A stretch of 64,000 nt of DNA, taken from NCBI RefSeq assembly GCF_006345805.1, contig NC_043011.1, forward strand, positions 36,592,464 to 36,656,463, in the 5' to 3' direction. Position numbers and translations under genes: made by a program. Source of the DNA: Octopus sinensis. Taxonomy: Eukaryota. Positions 38,554 to 51,189 of the stretch are shown piece after piece; the first letter of the stretch is position 1, and each line of letters opens with the position of its first letter. A model generated the notes under the pieces. That model was not told where the DNA came from. It ran no database searches and saw only the letters and a list, made by a program, of their open reading frames with translations.

Positions 38554-39917
38554 ACAGGCGGAGGCGTGACCGTGTGGTAAGAAGCTTTCTTTCCACCCAT
38601 ATGGTTCCAGGTTCAGTCCTACTACGTGACATCTTGGACAAGTGTCTTCTATTGTAGCCTTCGGGCCGACCAAAGCCTTGTGAGGGGATTTGGTTGACGG
38701 AAACTGAAAGAAGCATGTCACGTATCTTTATATATATAAAACTGAGAATGTGTGTGTGTGTGTGGTGTGTGTGTGTGTCTGTCTGTGTGTTTCCCTAAAA
38801 CTTGAGAACTACACAACCAATCTCATTCCAATTTTACACATGCCTTACGTAGGGTCCGGGGAGTGTCATCGGCAAAAGAATTAACTTTTTGCCTAGGGCA
38901 AGCCCACAGCAATATCATATCTTCTCCACTACGATTCCCTAAAACTTGAGAACTACACAACCAATTCCATTCAAATTTTACACATGCCTTACTTAGGGTC
39001 CATGTAGTTTCATGGGCAAAAAAGTTCAACTTCTTGCATAGAGCGAGCCCATAGCAATATCATATCTTCTCCACTATTTCAGTATTACGTGTTAAGAGTG
39101 AAACAAAAACGTTTCTCTATTTTATGTCAGATACTTTCCCTTTAACAATAAAAATAATAATAACAATTGAATTATATGTAGTAAGTAATAATTAAAATCA
39201 AACTAAAGTATAATATAATCGTTACATAACAAAAGTAAAAATAGCAATTGGTATAAAATTGCATCAAGGATTTGAACTTGAATAAGTGGTTTCACATGAA
39301 TGGGAATAAATTAAAAATAAAATTAGCGTGCAGAAATGTAATAGTCCAGATGGATAATAAAAAATTAAATTAAAGGAAAGACTATTGTCTATAAAGTATA
39401 CAATGTAGAGAAAAAAGAAGATTTGAACACATGGAGGAAAGCACCTTCGAAAAGTGTCTTGGTGCGACTATGAAAGGTATCTAATCAGAAGCGGTAAATT
39501 GGCCACAATAGAAGCAAGGTTCGAGTCAACGGAGCGTGCAAGGGAGTACTCGACTCGAACTTGCAAAGTGGAAATATTTTATTTTTACCTTTATATCTGG
39601 GACGTAGGACGTCCGGGAAAAAAATTTAAAATGCCCCCCCCCCCCAGAAGTAGAGGTAGGCTGAACTGTAGCCACACTTCTATACAAGAGGAAGGACAAG
39701 ATACAATTGATCGAAATTACAAGAGACGGGCTAACAATTCCAGTCTGTTATATATTTTGAGTATTGTTATCACTAGCGATATCAAGATATAACTTTGTAT
39801 TTTGTATTTTATGTGTAGATGTATATATATAGATGTACATGTAATATGTACACATATATATGCACATATATACATGCACTAGCACTATGACCCGGCAACG
39901 ACGGGTCTTTAATGCTA

Positions 39918-39959
<42 letters not shown>

Positions 39960-40085
39960 GTTTGTGTGTATGTTTGTCCCCTCACAATCGTAAGTTAGCA
40001 GTTCGGCAAAAGAGACTGATAGAATAAGTACCAGGCTTACAAAGAATAAGTCCTCGGGTCAATTTGTCCGACTAAAGGAGGTGCA
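38554..40085 (+). mobile_element. SINE family B split by a Helitron insertion
   Basis: Head about 38554-38720, tail about 39955-40085. Confidence 0.7.
38725..39918 (+). mobile_element. Non-autonomous Helitron
   Basis: A|TCTTTATATATATAAAA 5' end; 3' hairpin GACCCG gcaacga CGGGTC (39889-39907) then CTAG|T; (GT)n and an internal tandem duplicate of about 150 bp near the 5' end. Confidence 0.8.
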
Positions 40086-40473
40086 CCATGTGCCACATGT
40101 CAGATGACGAAATGATCGCAGAGCAGTGTGATATGAAATGCTTTGCTCAAGAACACAGCGCAATGCCCAATCTGGGAATCGAACTTATGATCTTGCAATC
40201 GTGAATGCGATACTTTAGCCACTAAGCCATGGGCCTTCAATATACATTTTGACATCTCTGTGTCTGTCTGTCTGTCTGTCTGTATGTCTGTATGTCTGTC
40301 TGTCTGTCTGTCTCTCTCTTTATATATATAATTATAAATTAGGGTTTCTACGAGATACCACCATGCTGAAAATAGCAGCCATGATCTGACTCTAAAACCA
40401 CTTTAATTGTCCATATATCAACACGGAGAGAAAACAAAGAGACAAGATGAAACTAGTAAAAAATTACTGGATA

Positions 40474-40532
40474 ATTCTAGATGCCGGATTTCTGACTTTG
40501 CATTTAGTAATGCTTTGCCTCGTCAGTAGAAT
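40474..40532 (-). ncRNA. Type I hammerhead-like motif
   Basis: Minus strand: AUUCUA-CUGACGA-GGC aaa GCAUU acua AAUGC aaa GUC-a-GAAA-UCCGGCA-UC|UAGAAU; perfect 6 bp stem I; one extra A before GAAA. Confidence 0.65.
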
Positions 40533-40929
40533 ACACACAGAAGAGAAACATAAATACATATATATATATAAGCACAACATATGAATACTTACATATACGA
40601 ACGCATACTTACATAAATATGCACGTATGCATCATGGCCAGTTCAAAATGCCCGCCGTTTAATTCCATGTGAGATATGGTCAAAATATCGCCGCAGTAAA
40701 TACAGTGACGAAATAAATTTAAATTTATATAGGGATAAGATCGTTAATTTAAAAATAAAATAACTATTTCATCAAATAGTCAGCATGGAAAAAATAACCT
40801 TCAAAGGTAATAATTATTAAAATTATGAATTAGGGTGTCTACGAGATACCACCATGCTGAAAATAGCAGCCATGATCTGACTCTATAAACCGTGTTGATA
40901 TATGGTCAATTAAGGTGGTTTTACTGCTA

Positions 40930-41110
40930 GTGTAATGAATGGGGAAGGCTTGGTCTGCAATGTTTGCAGTCATGTATGTTTGTCAAGAGCGGGGATCGTT
41001 AGTCACCAACGGAGACATAAGTGTAAGTATAAGGTAGTCTTGAGCGCACAATGTTCCTAAAGGTCAGTAATGGTTTTCCTCGATCACAGGTGGACGGCCA
41101 TCAAGTACAT
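40930..41110 (+). mobile_element. RTE (BovB-like) LINE extreme 3' fragment
   Basis: LVCNVCSHVCLSRAGIVSHQRRH, a C2H2-like end typical of RTE ORF2, followed by a short 3' UTR. Confidence 0.65.
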
Positions 41111-41266
41111 ATACAGTAAAAGAGTCAAAAGAAGAGTAAGTACGGTTAGACAGCTTTTTTAATAATCACTAGAAATGTTTCGATACATACAGATCCACGT
41201 ATTCAAAGGAAACATGAATGATGTAGCATATAAATCTAGATTTACTTACGGAGACAGCAATTGAAT

Positions 41267-41394
41267 ATCGCCTGAGGAGACGCATATAGATCTTCTTATA
41301 CAGGTAAATAGTTACATAATTTAATTTAAATTTAAATTTAAATTAAAATCCTGTATATACATGGATCCGCATGTATCGAAACATTTGTAGGGAT
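41267..41394 (+). ncRNA. Hammerhead-like motif with a very long stem II
   Basis: AUCGC-CUGAGGA-GACGCAUAUAGAUC..GAUCCGCAUGUAUC-GAAA-CAUUUG-UA|GGGAU; lies in a foldback at about 41113-41450. Confidence 0.55.
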
Positions 41395-42859
41395 TATTAA
41401 AAAGCTATCTAACCGTGCTTGCTCTTCCTTTTGACTGTTTTACTTTTTACTTTATATTTTCTCACACGAGAAATACCTAAGACTAGAATTGGTAGCATAC
41501 CATAAGAATACTACCGGTTATTTGGGAATTCTAAGGGTGAATGAACTCTATGTGTACTCTAATACGTTCTTAACAGAACACACTCAACTATATAACTATG
41601 TAAAATATATATATATATATATATATATATGTTTGTGTGTGTGTGTGTATGCGTAAATACAAAACCTCTGCATATTTGTGTATGTGTTTATTTGACCATT
41701 TTCATGTGTGTGGGGGTAAATGCGTGTATGTGTGCACCTATGCATATGTGTGAATGTATTTGTGTGTGTACGTGTGTGTGTGCAAAACACGCAGAAAATG
41801 GTGTCATTTTGATAAGAACATTTTCCAAAAAATTTACTGAAATCTGGAACTTTCACCTGAAACTCTACGATCTTGAAAAGCAGATAACATCTTCGACATG
41901 AGAAATATATTTTTCTCTCTAGAAAATATCATTTTTGTCAAAACTACGCTTCTCTGATATCCTTTACTCTCTCCTCCCCCTCTCTCTGTCTCTCTCTCTC
42001 TCTCCCTCTCTATTTATCCGTCGTTATCACAAATAATCTTGTTAAGCCATTTCCTCCACTACTGAATCCCATTATCAGATGGAATTGTACGTTTCACCTT
42101 ACTGCAAATAACGTTGATGATGATGATGATAATGTTGATGAGAATAATTACGGTGATCATGGTTGGTGGGATGATGATCATAATCGTGATTATAGCAATA
42201 AAGTTGATGATGATGATGATGATGATGATAGTGATGATGATGGTGGTGGTGTTGGTAGTGTTGTTGTTGGTGGTGGTGGTGACGTTGACGACAATGACGA
42301 TGATGCTGATGATATGGGTGGTGTTGACATGTTAGTAATGACTGATCGCAAAGATAATGATGGCAGTATAGTTGCTGCTGATAATGATGACACTGCTGCT
42401 GCAGCTGCAGCTACTGCAGTTGCAGCTACTGCAGCTGCAGCTACTTACGATTATTACTGCTACAATGACTGTTATTGTTGTTGTTGTTGTCACGCATATA
42501 TATATGTCACGCATATATATAGGTTGTTGTTGCTGCAGATGTTGAATTTTTCTATCACATCTGTGGACTTCTTGCAGATGCACAACTTCACCGTCATATA
42601 CACACACATACACACGTTTATGCATTGGAAGTACATATGCATATTTAAGCATGCATGTATGGAAGTATATATATATACGCGTTGTGTGTGTGTGTGTGTG
42701 TGTGTATGTGTGCGTGTATGCATAGATTCGTATGCATACACACACACACACATATATATAAATATAGGGAGAATTCACAAAAAAAAAAACAAAAGACGAA
42801 GACAGGTGGTGTAGACAACAAACAGATGTGTTAGTATAACACTCGGGAAGTGTAAAAGT

Positions 42860-42895
42860 CTTTAACATTTCGAGCCTACGCTCTTCCACAGAAAG
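42860..42895 (-). ncRNA. Minimal hammerhead-like motif in repeat family F (A6U variant)
   Basis: CUUU-CUGUGGA-A-GAGC guag GCUC-GAAA-UG-UU|AAAG. Confidence 0.45.
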
Positions 42896-42959
42896 GAACA
42901 CACAAAGAAACAAGGAGATAAAATAGAGAAAATAAAGAATGCGTAGTGGTTAGCGATCT

Positions 42960-43125
42960 GGGCTTCTTTTAGTTTCTGCCTACCAAATCCACTCACAAGG
43001 CTTTGGTCGGCCTGAGGCTGTAGTAGAAGACACTTGCCCAAGATGTCACGCAGTGGGACTGAACGCGGAACCATGTGGTTGGTGAACAAGCTACATGCCA
43101 CACAGCTACTCCTAGGCCTATATAT
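42960..43125 (-). mobile_element. SINE family B head
   Basis: GGCCTAGGAGTAGCTGTGTGGC..CACATGGTTCCGCGTTCAGTCCC. Confidence 0.8.
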
Positions 43126-43139
43126 ATGACAACAAAAGA

Positions 43140-43650
43140 ATGAACAAGACCTCTATATTATGCAAATAGAGGAATTTAGATATATATATATATATATATA
43201 TATATATCTATAGATATAATAATGTCATAAAAAATAATGTATAGTACAGGACAATCTGTAAGTTATCATAATATAACTCAGAGTTTCAAATACCAGAGCT
43301 AAAACTTCTAAGTGTTTTCCGTCAGCTATTTAAACGATATGAAAGTTTTTTTTTTCATATCGTCAAAATAGCTTGAGGAAGTGCCTAGAAGCTTTTACCT
43401 CTCGGGTATTTGAAAATCTGGAATACTCTTATGACAACTTACTGATTGCTTGCCTGTACTATATATATATAGATATATATATATATATATATCTATATAG
43501 CATATATATAATTATAACATATATATATATATAGATATAATATATATACATAGATAGATATACATATTTCATAGCATATATGTATATATATATAGGATAT
43601 AGTATATATATATATATACATATATATATACATAGATATATATAATATAC

Positions 43651-43681
<31 letters not shown>

Positions 43682-43914
43682 CATGATATATATATATACT
43701 ACATATATATATACATTAATATTCTATATATATATACTATATATGTATATATATATATATAGGCGGTATATATATATATTTAATATGTCATATATAGATA
43801 TACATATATATATATATATCTACATATATATATATTATATATATGTATATATATATATACATATTATATATATATCATATCGTATATATATATATATACA
43901 ATATATAATATATA

Positions 43915-43960
<46 letters not shown>

Positions 43961-45075
43961 GGAACAATCAGTAAAGTTTTCATAAGAGTTTCAGATTTTC
44001 AAATACCAGAGGTAAAAGTTCTTCTAGGCACGTTCCTCAGCTATTTTGACGATATGAAAAAAAACCTTCATATCGTTTAAATTCGTTTAACATACACCAA
44101 ACACACATTCAAACAAAACTGACCCTACGTGTTCAAGAGTTCTTTGGACAATTCCTTCAAGAAATCCCGATAAACCCCCTACATACCCGTGAATGTCTCT
44201 GTAAACAATAACTCTCTACTTGAGTGGGCCATACGTGCCCAAATTCTGACTTGAAAGACTTCACCAGGTGGTGCTATTAAGTTGACATGGCCTGGGGGGC
44301 CAATAATGGCCGAAACCTATATCAAAGTATCAAAGTAAATCAAAGTAATATATATTATATATATATATATTATATATGTAATATTTATATATATATACAG
44401 ATATGTATATATATATATAATATATAATATGTATAGTATATAATATAATATATGTATATTATAGATATATAATTATATATTGTATGGTATATTGATATAT
44501 GTGTGTGAGATATATATATGTATATAATATTATAGATGTATATATATATATATGTTTACTATATATATAGTGTGGTGGATATCGATATATGTATAGGTAT
44601 AAGAAATATCTAATATACATATATATATAAATATAATACATCTATATATATATACACAATATATATATATAATACCATATAGTGAATTATATATCTATAC
44701 ATTCATATAACTATATATATATATATTATATACAATATATACATATACATATATAAGATATATATCTATATATTTCTTCTATTTATATATATATATATAT
44801 ACATAGATATATATATATATATACTTTGATACTTTATACTTTTTGATAGGTTTCGGCTTATTGGCCCAGGCCATGTCTAACTTAATAGCACCACCTGGTG
44901 AAGTCTTTCAAGTCAGAATTTGGGCACTATGGCCACTCAAGTAGAGAGTTATTGTTTACAGAGACATATCCGGGTGTAGGGGTGTTTATCCGGGATTTCT
45001 TGAAGGAATCTGACCAAGACTTCTTGAACCCTATAGGGTCAGTTCTGTTTTAATGTGTTTTGGTGTAATGTTAAA
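43140..45075. repeat. Nested inverted duplications around (TA)n tracts
   Basis: 43241-43462 is self-complementary; 43955-44080 is the reverse complement of about 43330-43462; 44084-44345 is the reverse complement of about 44823-45075, with many small indels. Confidence 0.85.
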
Positions 45076-48000
45076 GAGAGCGGGGCCAATTGAGGTGAAA
45101 TAATTGTGCCGTATTGTTGTTATGAGATGAGAGTGCCATTTTCTTTGGGCGGATGCACGGGCCCAAGCTTGGATGACCTTAAAGGTGATGCCAACATCAT
45201 TTGGGCATGCTGATGTAATATTTTTCCACATCATGCAGATGATGTAGCGCTCACGACGACGTTGGAGAGAATAGAAGTTTTAGCTTTCTAGTCGACCCCA
45301 ATAGTCGAGGCCTGTCATGCCATCTATCTTTTTTGTGATTGCTCTTTGAGGTGCTTCAACTTTTATGATACCTTGTTGGTGTGGGGAGACCACAGTGGAC
45401 AACAGTATTCAGGTGGGGTTCGGGCAAAAGTGGAGAAGAGAAGGATATGGTGTGGATATCTCTCGACTGGAAAGTTCTGAGAATCCAGGAACACATTCTG
45501 CGGGCCATGTCAACTTTGGTGTTTATATTAGTGGCCCACCTTACGTTGTTTGTCCACAATTACTCCCCAGTCTCTGATGTTGTTGGACGCCGCGAGAGTT
45601 TCACCACCTGAAGGAAGGGAGTATGGGAGTTCAGGGTATCCTCTTTCCAAAGTGGATTAGCTCAATTTATCCTCGTTCAGCAGCATATTGTTTTTTTTCT
45701 TTCTGCCCATTGGATAACAGCCAGTAGATCTGACTGAAGGCATGTCCGGTCACTCGCTTCATTTTATGACCTTCTGTAGCTTGGAGTCATCTGCAAATTT
45801 TTATGTTGCTGTGCTTGATGATGTCATTAATGTCATTAATGTAAATGATGAAAAGAAGTGGGCCCAGCACAGTGCCTTGCGGAACGCCACTACTGACTTT
45901 GGCTGGGCTTGATTTTACCCTTCAACTACAACATGTTGAGATCTGTCTGTCAGGAAACACTTAATCCATTTCAGTAACTTTCCAGAGACACCAATGTTGG
46001 ATAGTTTTTTCAATAGAATCTTGTGATCGACCCTGTCGAAGGCCTTACTGAAATCAAGGTAGATGGCATCGGTGTTGGAGCCCTCTCCCAAAGCTCTCAA
46101 AATGTCCTCAAAGTGATGCAGGAGCTGCGTTAGACAGTCCCTTCCATTACGGAACCCATGTTGGTTGGAGATCAGCCGTCTGTTGCTTTCCAGAAATTGG
46201 GTTATTCGAGATCTCACCACCCTCTCAAATACCTTGATGATATGAGAGGTGAGTGAGATCGGATGGTAATTCACTGCAAGGGACTTTTTTCCTTTTTGAA
46301 AACTGGGACAACAGACTGGGACAGAAGGTTTTTTTGAATAAGCCAGCATCCAGTGAGTTTCTCCACAGATTAGCAAGGGGAGATGCAAGTTGGTGTCGAC
46401 ACACCTTCAGGACACAAGCAGGGAACCTATCGGGGCCTAGTGCTGAATTGTGTTTTATTTCGTTTATCGCCGCTAAGACATCAGGGCACTAAACGTTAGT
46501 GTCGATATAGTGTGTTGGGGGTTGACATCACTGATACAGCCCAGATCGGCCATATCAGGATTGCTGAAAACAGAGCAGTATGTTTTTTCTGCAGTATCTC
46601 GGCCATGGATTTGGCATTATCTTGGAGAGTGCCAGTTTCGTCATTAGAGGGCCTACAGTGGAGACAGTGACCCTGCGTTTCCTCGCAATGAAAAGAACAC
46701 TTTGGGGTTGAGTTTGATTTTTTCAATGGCCCACTTCTCCTCAGCTGATCTTGGTTATTGATGAGGGTCTTCATGCATTGTTGGAGGTTATATTTTTGGA
46801 TTCAAGCAGTGCGATAGCCATCGAATGTGTGTGTTGCTGTTGGCAGTACTTAGTTTGTTAATTTTTTTGTTTGTTCTTTTATTTTCTGATAATGGTTTTT
46901 CTGTTTTTGGGGGATTCTGCACTTTTGTTCACAGGTCTTGGTGGGGAGTGTTTTGCACATATGTCTGTGACGGTGTCTACAAAGATCTGCCAAGATGTTT
47001 TATCGTTGGTGGAGATGTTGTATATGTGTAAAGGACCAGTCCACATTTGATAGCTCGTTCCTGATTGCATCCCAGTTGGCTTTATGGAGATCCATGTTGT
47101 CAAATGGGTGGGCTGGAGGAAGGTCACTAGGATTAGCTTTCGGCTGGTGGAATTTCATGTTACAGAGAACCATGTCATGGTCTGAAAGAAGGGTTTTTTC
47201 CACTGTAACGTTATGTATAGTTTAGTGTGGTACTAAACACTAGGTCCAAAATGTTCTGATGTCTTGTTGGTGCAAGGACAAGTTGGGACAAGAAAAACTC
47301 ATTCGTAAGTCGAAAAGTGACTCTGCTGCTTCTTTGTCAGCGGTTGAGCGGGAGTGCTTGGTTTCAAACAGTTTGTAGTCCAGTCAACACAAGGTAGATT
47401 GAGTCTCCCATCATGAGTATGTTGCTAGAATGGCACTGTTGAATAAAGCACTTAATGCTGTTGAGGCATTCTTTAAAGCACAGTATGGGTGTTTGAGGCG
47501 GCCTATAGAGCCCAATTACTGTCAGGTCATTGGCTTTGTTGTGCACGGTGACTGATTCACAGTAGCCGTTGGAGAATATACTATTTCCATCTGCCGTAAA
47601 TGAATCATGCAGGAAAATGGCAGTTCCACCCTTCCTCCTGCCGATACGATCCGCGCGGATGGTTGTGAAATTCTTCACTCTCTCACTTCGGCTTCCAAGT
47701 GGGAGTTGTCAAGGTGGGTCTCAGTGAGAATGAAGAAAGGGATGTGGTGTGAATGGTTACCAACCCAGTCTTCAATGAATTGGACCTTCCATTTTTGTGC
47801 ATTGATGGAAGGGCTGACACCTTGTGCATTGAGTAGGAATGTGGAGGTTAGTGTAGGGCTGGTTTTGACTGTTGCAGGGGGCTTGGATTTTTGTGTGTGT
47901 GTTAGTGGCAGCAATGTGGGGAATTGGTGCACTGGGTAATAGCATAGGATGGTGTTGAGTGATGGCTAGATGTTTTTGTGTATCTCTTTTGCCATGTTCA

Positions 48001-48660
48001 ACATGGCTAAAAAAGAATTTCCTGCTTAGGGAGCAGTTTTTGGCTGGAGGTGTGGGTTGCACTGTTGGATAGGTTGTAGTTTCCACTTTTGTTGTTGTTG
48101 TTTTGTGTCTTCCTGAAAGACTGGACCAGCATTACTGCAGCATGGTGTGTTTCTATTTTTATTGTTATTAAGGTTTGTGTGTTGGCTTGAGGCCCCGTTT
48201 TCTGTTTGTGCGTCGGTCCCTGGAAGATGAGTGAAGGGACAGTCACTCAGTAGACATGTTCTCTCACGTTGGGAATACCGGCAGATTTTGGGACTCCGAG
48301 TTGTGTGTGTTTTTATTTCGATTTACTATTTGGTGGTGTTGATGTTATTGTGGGATGCGTGCTTTGGCTTGGCCGGTAGTGCGTCTAGTGCCGGGTAGAT
48401 GCGTGAAGATGCAGTCACTATTTGTGTGCAGAGTCTCTGGCGCAGTGAATAGCGGCATATTTAGGGATTTCTTGTTTGTGCCGTGGGGGTCGCATTCTGC
48501 TTCCTATGTTTCTTAAGTTTTTGTTACTGCAGTAGTATTGAGGTGGTGATGTGGGTAAGAGGGCAGTGGTTTCTTATTTGGTTTTCTGTTGGTATTTTTG
48601 TGATAGAAGACGATGGTGGCAGCGGTGGTGATGATGATGATGATAATTGTGGTGGTTGCT
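44823..48660 (-). mobile_element. Near full-length but decayed CR1-like LINE
   Basis: APE: LTETHL, RKGGTAIF, GLYRPP, MMGD; RT: [62 protein letters not shown]; (AAAGT)-type 3' tail. Confidence 0.9.
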
Positions 48661-48751
48661 GTGAGAGCGGTGAAAAGATACTGGCATTTAGTGAATCATC
48701 TAGTAGGCATTTAGTGAATCATCTAGTATACATATCATCTATATATATATA

Positions 48752-48807
<56 letters not shown>

Positions 48808-48813
48808 ACATCA

Positions 48814-48853
<40 letters not shown>

Positions 48854-48930
48854 ACATATATATATATTATATATATATATACATATAATATATATATATA
48901 TATATACATATATATATTATATATATATAC

Positions 48931-48977
<47 letters not shown>

Positions 48978-49004
48978 TATATATATATATATATATATAG
49001 TACA

Positions 49005-49232
49005 AGCGGCGAGCTGATAGAAACGTTAGCACGCCGGGCGATATTCGTACCCGTATTTCGACTGTCGTTACGTTCCGAGTTCAAATTCCGCCGAGGTCGA
49101 CTTTGCCTTTCATCCTTTCGGGGTCGATAACTTAAGTACCAGTTACGCACTGGGGTCGATGTAGTCGACTTAATCCGTTTGTCTGTCCTTGTTTGTCCCC
49201 TCTGTGTTTAGCCCCTTGTGGGTAGTAAAGAA

Positions 49233-49235
<3 letters not shown>
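49005..49235 (+). mobile_element. SINE family A, full monomer
   Basis: GCGGCGAGCTGATAGAAACGTTAGC head to GGGTAGTAAAGAAATA tail. Confidence 0.9.
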
Positions 49236-49263
<28 letters not shown>

Positions 49264-49714
49264 TATGTATATGTGGGAGACGCTGAAGAATATTGGATTT
49301 AGGTAAAGGAAAATACAGGGGGATCTGTTAGTTCTGGTATCATAAAATATATTCCCCTCTCAGATTCACATACTTACTGCAGCAGTCCTGTTAAAGAACC
49401 TGGAAGGCTGCATCTCCAGCTAGGCGTTTTGTGATACCCTTTAACCCTGGGACTTTTCCGCACCACATATATTTATGGATCAAGCCAGTCAGTTGACTTT
49501 CATCGACACACAATGCTTCCCAGAAAATCAACCCATTTCCCCTCTTCTAATCCTCTCAAGAGCATCACTATTCAGTTTCATTTACCCCCACCTCACTGAT
49601 AGAGAGATATGACTTTGCAAATTCCAGGAGCTCCGTCTTGGTCTTTGGCCTGGGCCTGAAGCACATTTTAGCAATTTACTTGTCGTGTATTGAGCTGGTA
49701 GGTATGGCAGTTGC

Positions 49715-49863
49715 TGTTAATCTGGCTTGCTTACCAATCTCATGGTTCTCGGTTCAGTCCCACTGTGTGGCACCTTGAGCAAGTGTCTTCTACTATTGCC
49801 TCAAGCCAACCAAACACTTGTGAGGGGATTTCGTAGAGAAACCGAAAGAAGCACATCGTATAT

Positions 49864-49894
<31 letters not shown>

Positions 49895-50192
49895 TATAAT
49901 ATTATATATATAAGAGAATAATGGTTGTCACTGAGACCCAAAGTGTCAGGTTAATGCTGAATAAGTGCTGAATAAGACCATAGTTAAGTTCCAGATTAGG
50001 TAATATTGCGAATAAAGGTTCAACGCTGGTTCTATGTCAGCCTGTATATAAGAATTTTTTGCGTAATAAGATGAAAAAAAAACAAGGCTGTGTAGATATT
50101 ACAGCATTTATAGATAGGTCATACAGCTTCTATCTATAAATGCTCTAATATCTATACAGCCTTGTTTTTAATCCTATTACGCAAAAAACTCT

Positions 50193-50234
<42 letters not shown>

Positions 50235-50440
50235 CTTGTGTGTGTGTCTGTGTTTGTCCCCACCAACATCACTTGACAAATGATGCTGGTGTGTTTACGT
50301 CCTAGTAACTAAGCGGTTTGGCAAAAGAGACTGATAGAATAAGTACTAGGCTTACAAAGAATAAATCCTAGGGGCAATTTTCTCGATTCAATGGGTGCTC
50401 TAGCATGGCCGCAGTCGAATGACTGAAATGAACAAAAGAG
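49715..50440 (+). mobile_element. SINE family B split by an insert in its central microsatellite
   Basis: Head about 49715-49860, tail about 50250-50440; foldback 50046-50197 lies between. Confidence 0.7.
50046..50197. repeat. Foldback, arms of about 70 bp
   Basis: TATAAGAATTTTTTGCGTAATA..GCATTTATAGATAG / CTATCTATAAATGC..TATTACGCAAAAAACTCTTATA. Confidence 0.85.
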
Positions 50441-50848
50441 TAGATAAATGTACCATGGGAGTGTAGAATAAAGGGTTTGACATGGAAATAAATGTGAAAC
50501 CTGTAGCAAATTTGAACTGGTAACCTATGAGCTGGTAGATCAATCGCTCAACCACTGAGCTATTTCGTTACCACCGCTGTGAAGTATTACAGAGAAATGT
50601 TAACCATTCTCTGATCAGATGCACATATGCACATACACGTGCATGCACACACAGACACATAGACACACGTACACATACAGAGATAGAAATGCATCTATAA
50701 GGAACATATGTACACATAAGTGTATAAGGAACAAACATGCATATCTAAGAAACGCACACACACATACACACACAAATCAGTCACACACAGAGATAGATAT
50801 ACATTATCAAGACCGTACGCACGCATATTATACATATATATATAACTA

Positions 50849-51067
50849 CAATAAAGGGTTTAGCAACGAATTGCCTAACACATACCGAATTAGAAATAGC
50901 AGTCAAAGGTTTTAGCTATTTCTTCTACTAAAAAGGAGATCTCAGTAAAAAACCAACAATTGCTGTTTTTACTGAGATCTCCTTGTTAGTAGAGAAATAG
51001 CTAAACCTTTGACTGCTATTTCTAATTCGGTATGTGGTTAGGCAATTCGTTGCTAAACCCTTTATTG
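50849..51067. repeat. Foldback, arms of about 100 bp
   Basis: CAATAAAGGGTTTAGCAACGAATTGCCTAAC..GGAGATCTCAGTAAAAA / TTTTTACTGAGATCTCC..GTTAGGCAATTCGTTGCTAAACCCTTTATTG. Confidence 0.9.
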
Positions 51068-51189
51068 CTTAGTATTATTTAAATTTTCCTCGAATGAGGC
51101 TTTTACATGCCGAAGACTACTTGGTGTAATTGATAATTATTCCAAATTAATTAATTTCACCTTCATTATTAGGGATAACTATATTATAA

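Noticed and set aside
49270-49620. Minus-strand donor GTAAGT near 49375 in unique sequence
   Set aside because: Upstream frames are short and I found no convincing acceptor.
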